Of a DNA stretch of 45,089 nt, positions 8,800 to 18,689 are shown piece by piece. The translations under genes were made by a program, and so were the position numbers. The DNA comes from a virus (taxonomy: Duplodnaviria > Caudoviricetes), in IMG/VR virus record IMGVR_UViG_3300017766_004457, positions 1 to 45,089 of that record; one strand, 5' to 3'. Within the stretch, counting starts at the first letter, position 1. Each line of letters starts with the position of its first letter. The notes below the pieces were generated by a model. That model did no database searches and was not told the origin of the DNA. It was given only the letters and a program-made list of their open reading frames with translations.

Positions 8800-10884
8800 T
8801 TAAATGGTGAAGCTGGCGCTAACGTTGATGAGACCCGATCCAGTGATGGTGAGCCCCACGGTGGTATCCGTCGCTGCGCTGGTGCTGATTGTCAGTGTCG
8901 TGCCTCCATTACTTGTGAAGGTCGCCACACTACTTGTCAGCTTCAGAATGACGGTGCTAGCGATTCTAGCGCCCGACTCGTCATACGCGTTAACCAGGAG
9001 GTTTTTATTGAGAGTTGTCCCTGCGTAGCTGATAGCGGTATCTGCAAACACGCACGACACATTATTTGTGTTACCCGAGGTAATAAGCTCCAGATTCGCA
9101 GGGATATAGTTCTCCGTGTTAGTCACGACAGGGGATACGCTACCAAAAGAGGGAGCATATAGGTTTGTGTCACCTACGGACACGCCCCACACATTACCTA
9201 GCGAGTCTCTGCTCAACCCCAAGAAATCGCCTGCGGTGCTGCTAGACACACTAAAACCACCTGCGCCAAAGGTTAATACCTTAACCGCACCCCGAGCCAG
9301 CACGTTAAGCTGCCTACAGTTGCCGTCGTGCGCGAAAGATTCGAGGGCGTCGAGCCCCGCGAGGAAGTTAAAGTATGTTAGGGCGGTAGGGTCTGCGCTG
9401 CTGACGCTAAAGGTGATCAAGTTATTCGCAGTGGTAGTAGCACTTATATTAGCGGTCCACTTATGTTCGTTAAACACAGACACATACAAGCTGCCGTCCG
9501 CTTTTATAGTAGCCTCCACCTTTGGAGCTACCATTAGAAATACGTTATTTCTGGCGGCGGGATGCTGATAAACGGTGCTGATATCTAAACCGCCCATATT
9601 AATGCTGCAGGGCACAACCGTGAAAGTATCTGCGCCCTTATCCCAGCGCACAGCGATAAAGGAGGGAACGTCGCTAGTGTTCACCAAGAGGTGATAACTA
9701 TAGAAAACGTTTGTCTCTCCTGCCTTCGGGGACGGAACAAAAGCGGAGGGTTGTGCGAAGTGGCTGAAGTTATTTCCACGAGAGTCTGCCGCGCCGCCAG
9801 ATACCCACCCTGTAACTCCGCCAAGCGGACCATACACGATTGTGGCGGTATTCGAGCCGACATTATAGCTGTAGATAGTGATGCGGTGTCTATAGGTGGT
9901 TTTCTCCCAGTAAGTTCCGTTTGCCCAGTTTGCATCATATCCAGAGGACGCCCAGGGGTTTCCAGGGCCGATGCCGTCATTCTCAAGCGCCGAGAGCCAA
10001 AGGGTTTCGCCGTTGTCTGCGAGGCCCAAGAAATACCAAGCCTGCACGCCGCCGCCGCCCATCCCTGCGCGGTAGTCGCCTGCTCTCCCGATAGTGGATA
10101 GCACCACGGGCGCACCGATAGTTAAGCTCCCGTCCACCGCGTTAGTGGTATATGGCACTCGTAGAGGCACAAGCCACACGTCAGCGTTCCAAGTAGATGT
10201 TGTTGTAGCAACCGAATAGGCGACATACCCCACACCAAATAAGGACTTCGTAGCGGTATCCACAAATACAGGTCTAAACTCATAGCCAATGAAGGTGGTG
10301 CTGGAGATATTTCCGTAGTTAGCTGTTGCATTCTGCCTACGCGCCACAACACTGCTCTGCAGAGAATCACCTTGCACCAGTGTGATTTTAGAGAAAGTTG
10401 TGCTGCTAGCAGGTGCAGCGGGGGCAGCCTCTACAGTCGCGCCCTGCGCACCCGTGAACTGGGTGCAATAAAAGAAGTGTTTAACCCCCGCGCCGTCCTC
10501 AAAGGGCAGCAGTAACCCTTGATTGTGCCGAGCGTCGTTATCTAGGCAGTTGGCGTATGTAGACTTACAAGTGGTCCACCCCTGCGTAACCGCGTATCCG
10601 ACGTTTACTGCGGGGTTAGCTAGTGCGCTAGTCGCATACGGTTTTGCAGTGACTATGCTGTTATTCTCGGGTAGAAAGTCGTTAACGCTGGTGTCAGCTA
10701 GCGCAGGTGATTGAACAGTCTCCATATAACTGAAGGTCTGCGGATCATACGCTTTACCCATGAAGTAAAAAGCGTCCTCCGAAGGGCTAAGCGCGGCAAA
10801 CAACGGAGCGGCATTATTACGGACTTGCGAAGCAATAGGCTCGCCCGCGATGACTCTATATTTGTCGGTTTTGATGATTGGCAT
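8800..10884 (-). CDS. Putative tail/receptor-binding protein, paralog B
   Basis: 694 aa; AAGGAG RBS; shares FED.AGVKHF, LVQG.S.QS, SP.AGETN and the YAGTTLNKN...SASF C-terminus with paralog A. Confidence 0.7.
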   Translation of the reverse strand: MPIIKTDKYRVIAGEPIASQVRNNAAPLFAALSPSEDAFYFMGKAYDPQTFSYMETVQSPALADTSVNDFLPENNSIVTAKPYATSALANPAVNVGYAVTQGWTTCKSTYANCLDNDARHNQGLLLPFEDGAGVKHFFYCTQFTGAQGATVEAAPAAPASSTTFSKITLVQGDSLQSSVVARRQNATANYGNISSTTFIGYEFRPVFVDTATKSLFGVGYVAYSVATTTSTWNADVWLVPLRVPYTTNAVDGSLTIGAPVVLSTIGRAGDYRAGMGGGGVQAWYFLGLADNGETLWLSALENDGIGPGNPWASSGYDANWANGTYWEKTTYRHRITIYSYNVGSNTATIVYGPLGGVTGWVSGGAADSRGNNFSHFAQPSAFVPSPKAGETNVFYSYHLLVNTSDVPSFIAVRWDKGADTFTVVPCSINMGGLDISTVYQHPAARNNVFLMVAPKVEATIKADGSLYVSVFNEHKWTANISATTTANNLITFSVSSADPTALTYFNFLAGLDALESFAHDGNCRQLNVLARGAVKVLTFGAGGFSVSSSTAGDFLGLSRDSLGNVWGVSVGDTNLYAPSFGSVSPVVTNTENYIPANLELITSGNTNNVSCVFADTAISYAGTTLNKNLLVNAYDESGARIASTVILKLTSSVATFTSNGGTTLTISTSAATDTTVGLTITGSGLINVSASFTI

Positions 10885-10898
10885 CTCATACGCTCCTT

Positions 10899-11105
10899 TT
10901 ATTGAGGGTCAACGGGGTCGGGGGGCAGGACTTCCTCAATCTCTTGCGCCATAGGCAACAAAGCGAAATAAGCTGTAGCCTCCTCAAGACTCACAAAGGG
11001 GATGTTCCCCTTCAGGGGATTCCCTTTAGTTTTGAGAACCACAGTTCCGTCGAGGGACACTACGAGGTTTCCCGCAGCATCAAGCTCCAAGAGGTAGCCA
11101 TTCAT
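10899..11105 (-). CDS. Small acidic hypothetical protein in the tail operon
   Basis: 68 aa, GGAG RBS, NPLKGNIPFVSLEEA motif. Confidence 0.65.
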   Translation of the reverse strand: MNGYLLELDAAGNLVVSLDGTVVLKTKGNPLKGNIPFVSLEEATAYFALLPMAQEIEEVLPPDPVDPQ

Positions 11106-11249
11106 AATAGCGCTCCAAAAGATGTTATGTGTTCAGTACCACATGCTATCACTTCTAGGAGCGCAGTTAAAAAAATGTTTAAGTGAAGCCGCTCGTCACT
11201 GCTTTGTTTTAGCTGCTAATAAGGCCTGCAGTACACCCCTGGATGGGAT

Positions 11250-11606
11250 TTAACGCGAAACAGGGTGGAACAAGAACTGCACTAGGAGGTCTTGCCCCCC
11301 GCTGGTTGCTGCGACCTCGGGGATATGCAGCGAGACAACGTCCCCCACAGAAAGAGTGTGCTCCTCTGTATCTGTGAGAGTTGTTGCGCCTCCCGCGCTG
11401 AACTCCACCGCATAAAGGACGTCCTCGGTATCGTTGTTCTTGATGGCGCGCACAATAGTCGAGCCCGCGCCTTCGGGAAGGACTGCCATTGTGGCGTCCA
11501 TCTTAAAAATCTTAGTGTCTTGCATGACCCGCCAGCCATTTGAGGATACGATCACAGCGATTGCACCGTTCACATACACGGACTTTTCAAGTCTAACGTT
11601 TCTCAT
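11250..11606 (-). CDS. Putative small beta-sandwich virion protein
   Basis: Likely start MRNVRL in a TAATG overlap with the tail fibre stop; LSVGDVVSL..GGQDLLVQF ending. Confidence 0.65.
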   Translation of the reverse strand: MRNVRLEKSVYVNGAIAVIVSSNGWRVMQDTKIFKMDATMAVLPEGAGSTIVRAIKNNDTEDVLYAVEFSAGGATTLTDTEEHTLSVGDVVSLHIPEVAATSGGQDLLVQFLFHPVSR

Positions 11607-14600
11607 TATAGGACCTCCCAAACGTTGTCGGTCTTGTTAGCAAGGAACTCAGCGGACTCCCCTACAACGGAGAGTATAATGGGCGAAGCAGCACCGTTGA
11701 TAGTGCCCACGATAGACACGGCGTTAGTGCCTCCCTTAATCGTCAATCGCACCCTTATAATATCCCCCTCGTCCACGCTGGAGAGCGCAGGAAGTGTGGC
11801 GACCACCGCGCCACCTGTGGTGTCCACGCTGTGGTGCTTCATCTTCACTGCGGTAAAGCTGGTCGTCTCCTTACTAAAAGTGAGCCGACCGCTGCCCGTG
11901 GCGATCCCCGTGAGCAAGCTACCGTCCACTGCAGGAAGTCGTGCAGAGCCGTCAAGCCTTACAATATTGCCTGCGGCAGTCCCCACGTCATAAGCTGCGG
12001 ATGTGCCTAGTGGTGGTTCTACCAGCCATGCTTCAGAGTTCTGGTCATAAAACGCAGTGATCACGCGGCCGCTAAGCATAGTAAAGGTGATGCTATCACC
12101 ATAACTCGTGCCACCCACAAGCACTCGGGCAGCACCCGAGTTTGCAGCGGCCACGGACACTGTTACCTGGCGGTCTCCCTCAGCGATAATGTATACGACT
12201 GACCCGTCCCTAGTGGTGCTTGTCGGAGGTAGTCTAACAACGGAGTTTCCGATGTTGTTAACGCGGACAACCGCGTCTGACTCAGCAAGCACCGTAGGTG
12301 TAACGTCGCTGTTAACAACCGTGTAGCCGAAGTGTTCTTCCTTAACTTCCCACTTAGTCTTGTCCGAGGACACAACAAACTCGGTGCGCTCACCCCGCGA
12401 CGCTATAGAGACAGAAGACACATAACCACGCTTGCTTCTACGGAACACCTGGAAGTTGCTGTCTGTTGCATTGGCGTTAACCACTATACCTGCGGTGCTC
12501 AAATAGCCGCGCTGCACAGCCACGCGGTCGCCAGCCTGGAGCGAGGAAAGCAGCGGAAGGGTGATTGTTAGCAGCGACGAGTTATGAACCAGATACTCAT
12601 GACCCGCCTTCGCAGTCTGACTGCCCGTTAGCGTTACGAAGTTTTGGGTAACCCCGAACACTTCCGCACGTCGGGCCTGCCAATACAACCACTTGCTCGT
12701 CGTCGTGTCATAAACGAACAGTATCTGATTTCCCTGCCCAGAGAATGCTACGGACGACACACCCCCCAAGATGTTTGCAGAGGATGAAGCCACAGTGATT
12801 GAGGGGTTTGCCTGAAACTGCAGATAGATTGCGTTGCCCTCTACAGGGTCAGAAGGCAGCGTGAAGGTAGCGCCCCCGAGCGAGCCTGTTACGCTGTAAA
12901 AGGTGTTTTTAGCAAGCGTGGTGCTAGTAGAGGGTATCTCCTGAACAGAATCAAAGAGAGGAGCGCCCGTAGCCTTCACTATATTGCCGTTGAACACCAG
13001 GTTGCTGCTACCATCAACCGATAAGTCTAGGTTCGCGCTACCAATCTTAACGGCAGTGATATACGCTGCGCGTAGCTGCGCGGCTGCACTACCCAAATCA
13101 TATTGGTTGTCTGTGGAGGGCAGCAGATGGTTATCTGCGCCGCTACTCCATGCTGCGGCAGTCAATCCACCGCTGCCGTTGGACCTTTGCAGCGCGTATT
13201 GAGCCCCCGCGCCCACAGCCACGTTTCCAAACTTATCGTCAAGCCCATCAAGATAACCGCGCACGGTGTTCGAGGTGGGGGTGTAGTTAGATACACTGAG
13301 AGTAGCAGCGATCCCTGCGGCAGTTGACAAAAGGCCCAGCTTCGTGTCAATCCCGTTAAAAAAGACCTGAGCGTTCAAGGTAGCTGCAGTGAAGTTAACT
13401 GCGGCATTTGCTACGCTGATATCCGCCGCCTCGCCCGAGGTCGCAGCGTCAGAAAGCGTGGTAGTAAGAAACTTGATAGACTGCGTAGCTTGGTCAAAAT
13501 ACGCCAAGCCACCGTCCGCCGCAGTCGTCGCGTCAGTCTTGATGTTGCTATTAAAATATGCGAGCCACACAACAGGGTTCGTAGGAGGGCGCTTAAACCC
13601 GTAAAGGTCCACTGTGGTGTTCGCAGATAAACTGAAGCTGCCTGCTTGAACACCGCCCTCCACCATGTTGCCATCCAAGATATAAGCGACGTCGCTCACC
13701 TCGCGGAATACAACCGTACCATTACCGTAGTTTGTTACGCGGATGTAGTCTCCGTCGCTGACCTGAGTCACAAGCGAAGGGACATCAACATATTTCGTCG
13801 CACCTGTGGCTACGGAGAACAGATAGTGTCTACCCGCGCTCAACGCTACATTGTTAGCCGTGCTATCAATGATAACTTGGTTGATGTTGTTCGTAGGTAC
13901 GTTCAGGAGATCGCTATAGTTGCCGGAGAATGCGACGTCGGACAGCCCACCGAACTCCGCGTCAATAGCGGTGAGGTGTGCAGTGATACTCTCAATGCTG
14001 CTCGCAGTGTAGTTCTCCGCGTCATATGGCGCGATAATAGTGCTGGCATTAATGGTGATATCCAGGCCCGACACACCGTTTACGGATTGCACACGCGATC
14101 CCAGCTCCCCATCAATCGCGGAGAGGTGCGTACTGATAGGATCGCTCGACAGCGCGGTGTAGTTGCTCGGAGTAATCGTTGCCGCGATGTCAGCAGCGGA
14201 AATCAGTACGTCCTTAGACCCTGCAAGCGGGGAAACCCCATTAACGGACTCTACTTTACCGGCGGCGGCAATCGCGGTGTCAATATCGCCAAACTTCTCG
14301 TCCACACCCACAAAGAAGCTCTCGGAGTCCTGCGCGGCTACTGTGAAGTTCTGCGTGGTATGAGCGACGACAACGTCCTCTGCAAGACCACTGTAAGCCA
14401 CCTGAGACAGCCCCGCAGGAAGCGAGCCGGCGAGGGCCACCTTAAAGATGTTAGCGCCGACGGTCACATCGTTAATGTAGGTGTTATAGGCGTAGACGTA
14501 AGCAGAGCCGATAGCACCGTCAACAACGTGTCCCGTCCCCACCGCAACATCAAAAGTGGTGTAGAGCGCAGTGCATACACCCGCACCCATATAGATGCCC

Positions 14601-16936
14601 GAGCCATTGGCGGTGCTGTTCCCGACGACGCTGTTCCCTATCGTGATAGCGACGCTGGACTGCACCGCGTAAGTGCAGTTCGACACAGTGCAGAGCAGGT
14701 TAGTAATGCGAGGACAAGTTGCAGTCCCGCTTAATTTGATAGCGCGGCTGCTGCTCGACCCGTTAGTCCTATACACCTCACAGGTGTCCATAAATAGCGA
14801 GCCTGCAGTAAGCTCCACACAATGGTTGTCACCCGTTGCGGTGCTTGTAATGGAGCAGTTGGTGAACTGCAGGCGAGCCTGCAGCGCCGTCGTGTTCTTA
14901 ACGAGAGAGCCGGCATTAGCGTTATCGGTAAAGAGCTGGCAGTTCCGAACATTACAAACGTAAACAAACGTGCCGCCCAAGTTGATACAAGGGTTAGCAC
15001 CAGTCTTATTGATCAGGAAGTTCTCAATAGAAATCTGGTTATTGAACAATCCGCCCGCGCTGAAGCTCGGGGCGATATTGATACTGCCATTAATGATTGA
15101 GGTGTGCCCGCCTCTGCCCGTGGGGGAAATACCCGAAAGGACCGTGTTGGTGCGAGCCAGCGTGATATCCTCGGAATAAACCCCTGGGAACACGAATACT
15201 TGAGCGAGGCTACCATTATTAGGGAGAGAGAGCAGCGCTGCAGCAATCGTGGCTTTCGGCTCATACAGAGAGCCGCCGTAGCTGTCATCACCATACTCCC
15301 CGCTCACATAAACGACGTGGTCAGGCTTCTCACCAAACTTATCGGCAAGCCCTGTGATCAATCCCGTCAAAGTCTCGTCACCTGAATAACGGGCCTCGCT
15401 CTCATCCCTCAACGCGGAATCAAGCGCGTCTACTGCGCCGAGGAAGGTGGACTGACCAGACAGAGCGAACGTGCCTGCAAAGGTCAGCGTGCTACCTGCG
15501 GTAGTCCCGAGCTTGTCGTTGAGTTCATCCACACCACCGACAACAAGGTCGCGGACATCAACAAGCTCTGAAGACAAGGCGTCTACCGCCGCGAGGTAGG
15601 TCGCCTTACCTGCGACCACCCCCGTTAACGTAAACGGAGTTAATGTCCCGCCCGAAGTTAATCCGATGCTGTCGTTAACTTGTGCGACGACCGTATCCGT
15701 GGCCTCCGTGGTATCAAACAGCGTCGCCACATCCTCCGCTACGAGGTCCGAAGCATCGCTCTCCGCTCGCAACGCGGTATCGAGCGCGTTCACCGCACCC
15801 AGAAAAGTGGACTGACCCGACAGCGCGAATGTTCCCGAGAAGGTTAGAGTGCTACCTGCGACCACACCTAGCTTATCATTGATGTCGTCCACCCCACCAA
15901 CAACAAGATCACGCACATCCGAAAGCTCTGAAGACAGGGCATCTACCGCAGCGCGATAAGTCGTCTTACCTGCAGCCACACCTACATTAGCGAAGGCTAC
16001 AAGTTTGCCGTCCGCAGCAAGGCCCACCGCAGCTTCGACCTCATTGATTTCTTCCTGAAATAAGTTGTCTGTCTCTAACAGGCTATCAACATTATTAAAG
16101 AGTTGGGTGTCTAGGGTGCTGATGGCTGAGCGCAAGCTAGTTGCGCCTGCGATGTAGTTAGCCCCTGTGAACCCTTGGAGTGCGCCGTTTGAGAGAAGCC
16201 CTGCCCCCTGTTGTGTGCGGTCTAGCTCCTCCTGCAACCCCTCAATCTGCGAGAGCAGGGTGTCCTCCACTGTGTTCTCAAGGGTTTTTACAGCAGCGTC
16301 GAGCGCTTCTACCGCGCCCTTAACACTCATCGTGTTGTTAATATAGTTAACGCTGCTATATGCCGCTTTAGTTCCATCCGCAGCAAGGCCGACACTGGAC
16401 TCCACCGCGTCAAGCTCGTCCTGTAAATCCCCCAGGTCGGACACGAGCCCTGCTACTTCGCCCTGCGTGATAGTCGCAGCGGACCACTCTGTGCCATCAA
16501 ACCTAAGAAACTGCCCTGCAGCCGCGCCCCCCACAGCGACATCGTGCAGGTCGTCCAGAAAAATGATGGACTCAGTATTGTCGATAACATCAATCTTAGC
16601 GACATTAATGACGCCGCCCATATCAGCGTTAATAATGATGTTATCATTTACGTTGAGGTTAAGCCCCAAAAACGTCCCTGCAGCGCTAACCTTATAGAAG
16701 TCACCTTTCAGCGCGTTTGAGAGGTCCGGCGATCCGCCAATAGTAGTAGGGTCAAACAGTCCTCGGTAGGTCAGAACACCTACGATCTGCCCCACCCCTG
16801 CGTTGACGGCCGCTTGAAGTTGCGCGGGGGTAATAGCTGCGATTACTGCAGAGCCGCTTTGAGCCTCTGCATCAGTAGATACTCGAATCAATCCTGCTTT
16901 ACGAGTGGTCGCTAAATCACCATTAAGGATCGCCAT
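11606..16936 (-). CDS. Long mosaic tail fibre/tailspike (1776 aa)
   Basis: N-terminal ATTRKAGLIRVSTDAE..AITPAQL fibre repeat; coiled-coil A..ALD repeats; central VYVSGEYGDD..PKATIAAAL..VFPGVYSEDITL entry to a parallel beta-helix; VESVNG motifs; several TLP....GD.I repeats near the C-terminus. Confidence 0.85.
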   Translation of the reverse strand: MAILNGDLATTRKAGLIRVSTDAEAQSGSAVIAAITPAQLQAAVNAGVGQIVGVLTYRGLFDPTTIGGSPDLSNALKGDFYKVSAAGTFLGLNLNVNDNIIINADMGGVINVAKIDVIDNTESIIFLDDLHDVAVGGAAAGQFLRFDGTEWSAATITQGEVAGLVSDLGDLQDELDAVESSVGLAADGTKAAYSSVNYINNTMSVKGAVEALDAAVKTLENTVEDTLLSQIEGLQEELDRTQQGAGLLSNGALQGFTGANYIAGATSLRSAISTLDTQLFNNVDSLLETDNLFQEEINEVEAAVGLAADGKLVAFANVGVAAGKTTYRAAVDALSSELSDVRDLVVGGVDDINDKLGVVAGSTLTFSGTFALSGQSTFLGAVNALDTALRAESDASDLVAEDVATLFDTTEATDTVVAQVNDSIGLTSGGTLTPFTLTGVVAGKATYLAAVDALSSELVDVRDLVVGGVDELNDKLGTTAGSTLTFAGTFALSGQSTFLGAVDALDSALRDESEARYSGDETLTGLITGLADKFGEKPDHVVYVSGEYGDDSYGGSLYEPKATIAAALLSLPNNGSLAQVFVFPGVYSEDITLARTNTVLSGISPTGRGGHTSIINGSINIAPSFSAGGLFNNQISIENFLINKTGANPCINLGGTFVYVCNVRNCQLFTDNANAGSLVKNTTALQARLQFTNCSITSTATGDNHCVELTAGSLFMDTCEVYRTNGSSSSRAIKLSGTATCPRITNLLCTVSNCTYAVQSSVAITIGNSVVGNSTANGSGIYMGAGVCTALYTTFDVAVGTGHVVDGAIGSAYVYAYNTYINDVTVGANIFKVALAGSLPAGLSQVAYSGLAEDVVVAHTTQNFTVAAQDSESFFVGVDEKFGDIDTAIAAAGKVESVNGVSPLAGSKDVLISAADIAATITPSNYTALSSDPISTHLSAIDGELGSRVQSVNGVSGLDITINASTIIAPYDAENYTASSIESITAHLTAIDAEFGGLSDVAFSGNYSDLLNVPTNNINQVIIDSTANNVALSAGRHYLFSVATGATKYVDVPSLVTQVSDGDYIRVTNYGNGTVVFREVSDVAYILDGNMVEGGVQAGSFSLSANTTVDLYGFKRPPTNPVVWLAYFNSNIKTDATTAADGGLAYFDQATQSIKFLTTTLSDAATSGEAADISVANAAVNFTAATLNAQVFFNGIDTKLGLLSTAAGIAATLSVSNYTPTSNTVRGYLDGLDDKFGNVAVGAGAQYALQRSNGSGGLTAAAWSSGADNHLLPSTDNQYDLGSAAAQLRAAYITAVKIGSANLDLSVDGSSNLVFNGNIVKATGAPLFDSVQEIPSTSTTLAKNTFYSVTGSLGGATFTLPSDPVEGNAIYLQFQANPSITVASSSANILGGVSSVAFSGQGNQILFVYDTTTSKWLYWQARRAEVFGVTQNFVTLTGSQTAKAGHEYLVHNSSLLTITLPLLSSLQAGDRVAVQRGYLSTAGIVVNANATDSNFQVFRRSKRGYVSSVSIASRGERTEFVVSSDKTKWEVKEEHFGYTVVNSDVTPTVLAESDAVVRVNNIGNSVVRLPPTSTTRDGSVVYIIAEGDRQVTVSVAAANSGAARVLVGGTSYGDSITFTMLSGRVITAFYDQNSEAWLVEPPLGTSAAYDVGTAAGNIVRLDGSARLPAVDGSLLTGIATGSGRLTFSKETTSFTAVKMKHHSVDTTGGAVVATLPALSSVDEGDIIRVRLTIKGGTNAVSIVGTINGAASPIILSVVGESAEFLANKTDNVWEVL
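15401..15982. repeat. Internal ~220-bp direct repeat in the tail fibre gene (15401-15622 and 15761-15982)
   Basis: GV.AGK.TY.AAVDALSSEL.DVRDLVVGGVD..NDKLG..AGSTLTF.GTFALSGQSTFLGAV.ALD.ALR.E occurs twice at a 360-bp offset. Confidence 0.92.
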
Positions 16937-16950
16937 TTGTTATAACCTCC

Positions 16951-17283
16951 TTAGAAGCTGCGCTTGATGAAGGTGGCGTGAACGACAGGCGCTGCACTGC
17001 CCCCCAAGTTGGAGAACGAGATCTTAACGGCCTCAAATGCAAAAGAGCGCTCTAACAGGATAGCATCTGTCTCAAGCGCACCTGAGATATAGCTTACAAA
17101 GGAGGGAGCGCGATGCGGAAGGAAGTCCAGCGCAAAGTCTCCACCATCCAAACCAGAGCAGCTCACCTGCACGCTGCTGAACGTGTCCGCAGGGTTGAAT
17201 CCAAGATTAGACTTATCCAGCACCACATCCGCAAAAGCGCCGCCCACCGCTTCCGCAGGGATCTTAAAAGGGAGTGTGTTCAT
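16951..17283 (-). CDS. Putative small virion protein (beta-rich)
   Basis: 110 aa, TAGGAG RBS, first gene of the tail operon. Confidence 0.65.
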   Translation of the reverse strand: MNTLPFKIPAEAVGGAFADVVLDKSNLGFNPADTFSSVQVSCSGLDGGDFALDFLPHRAPSFVSYISGALETDAILLERSFAFEAVKISFSNLGGSAAPVVHATFIKRSF

Positions 17284-17404
17284 ATAAACTCCTAGTAAAA
17301 GAGGGATATACCTTTGTAGAGTATACCATTTTCGCTTAGGAGTTTATAGCTTTTATGCCCTTGCGCTATAAGAAGCGGAGCACCCTATAAGAAGCGAAGT
17401 GGGA

Positions 17405-17773
17405 CTACTTGACGCCAGAGTCGGCATCGGCATCATCATCGTCCTCTTCGCTAGGTTCTGGCCACACCCGCCCAGCTTCGCAGGAGTCTCTAAACTGGAT
17501 AATCGGGAGGATAGCGCCCTCTGTGTTAGAGTGCGCGATGTAGTCCAGGGTGCGGATCACATTAAACGAGATATAGTCCTCCCCCTCGTAAAAAGCGTCC
17601 TCGTCATCTAGGGACTGCCCAAAAGAGTGCACTACAAAGTGCTCCACCAGCTTTATATAGTCGTACACGGCGTTACCCTCAGGGGTTACATCATAGACCG
17701 CGCAGCCACAGCCGTCCATCAGAAGCGTATTATCGTTCATACGCGCGCGCAGCTCTGTAGATACTTCGCACAT
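17405..17773 (-). CDS. Conserved hypothetical phage protein
   Basis: Likely start MCEVS after AGAAGGA; DG..AV..VYDY.K..EDYISFN pattern; acidic tail. Confidence 0.65.
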   Translation of the reverse strand: MCEVSTELRARMNDNTLLMDGCGCAVYDVTPEGNAVYDYIKLVEHFVVHSFGQSLDDEDAFYEGEDYISFNVIRTLDYIAHSNTEGAILPIIQFRDSCEAGRVWPEPSEEDDDDADADSGVK

Positions 17774-17786
17774 TTTTTTGTTCCTT

Positions 17787-17981
17787 CTAAGGATTTGATA
17801 TTTCTTTCTCATCGAGGTCAACCACTCTCTCTACCACAAAGCCCTGAGGCACATCGAGGAAGCCTTGAGGCAGGGTGATGTCGTGGACCCAAGCGCCTGC
17901 TTTGTCCAAGCCGACCAAGAATAGGAAGCCCGAGATGGGATGGCTGATGGTGTTGTGGATGAACCACATGAGCTTAGTCAT
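17787..17981 (-). CDS. Conserved small hypothetical protein
   Basis: AAGGAG RBS; WFIHNTISHP...WVHDITLP pattern. Confidence 0.7.
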   Translation of the reverse strand: MTKLMWFIHNTISHPISGFLFLVGLDKAGAWVHDITLPQGFLDVPQGFVVERVVDLDEKEISNP

Positions 17982-18116
17982 TAGCTGTCTCCTTGTTGAT
18001 GGCCTTTGTCAGTCTCACCGAAAAGATTACGCGCTAGGCTCCCTCCGGGGAGAGGGCGCTAGCGCGCGTTTTTACAGTCTTCGGAGGGCTAGATGCCCAG
18101 CGCTACTACCGAACGC

Positions 18117-18587
18117 TCAGTACTCGGTATGCACGTCCTTGAGGCTCTTGGCGTCATCGGCAGCGGCAGCGAAGTTGAGGATGGTGAACGTCCCGCCCTT
18201 CTTGGTGGGGATATTACGAGCCTGCACCAGCGCACGAAGCCCCGCGAGCGCAGAGCGCCCCGTGTGCTCGTCAGGAGTCAGAGCGTTCTCAATCATCTCC
18301 CACGTGAGCCCCGCATCGGAGACGCGCAGCACCTGACAGAGCATCGCACGGATGTTACGGGGAGTGCTGTCGATATCCTTCATGGACAACCAAGTGCGCT
18401 GGCAACCGGCGGGGTGCTGGGCGGGATTATCGGAGTCAATGACGGTAGTCTCGAGCACGACGAACTCACGGCCCTTGCGGTTAGAGCCCTCCTTGAAGTC
18501 GTCGATGCGGACGAGATACTGACCCTCGGTAAAGTACTCTGACTGGCGGCGGGCTTCAACTTGCGCGATCTGCTGAATAAAGCTCAT
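18117..18587 (-). CDS. Putative ssDNA-binding (OB-fold) protein
   Basis: Likely start MSFIQQ; EGQYLVRI..GREFVVLETTV..TKKGGTFTILNF pattern resembles phage SSB/DUF669-like proteins; near the primase gene. Confidence 0.6.
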   Translation of the reverse strand: MSFIQQIAQVEARRQSEYFTEGQYLVRIDDFKEGSNRKGREFVVLETTVIDSDNPAQHPAGCQRTWLSMKDIDSTPRNIRAMLCQVLRVSDAGLTWEMIENALTPDEHTGRSALAGLRALVQARNIPTKKGGTFTILNFAAAADDAKSLKDVHTEY

Positions 18588-18652
18588 GGCTTTTTCCTTG
18601 TGTCTAAGGGGGAGAGAGCCCTGTTGCTCGCTCCTCATACCCTATAACACAA

Positions 18653-18681
18653 GATATAGCTCTTTTTGTGCGGCTTGTCAA
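18653..18681 (-). promoter_or_regulatory. Putative sigma70-type promoter
   Basis: TTGACA-N17-TATATC upstream of the SSB-like gene. Confidence 0.6.
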
Positions 18682-18689
18682 AAAAAACT

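Noticed and set aside
13646-14734. 362-aa plus-strand ORF and other long antisense ORFs (e.g. 1985..2710, 4891..5469)
   Set aside because: Shadow frames opposite well-supported genes, with no recognisable motifs
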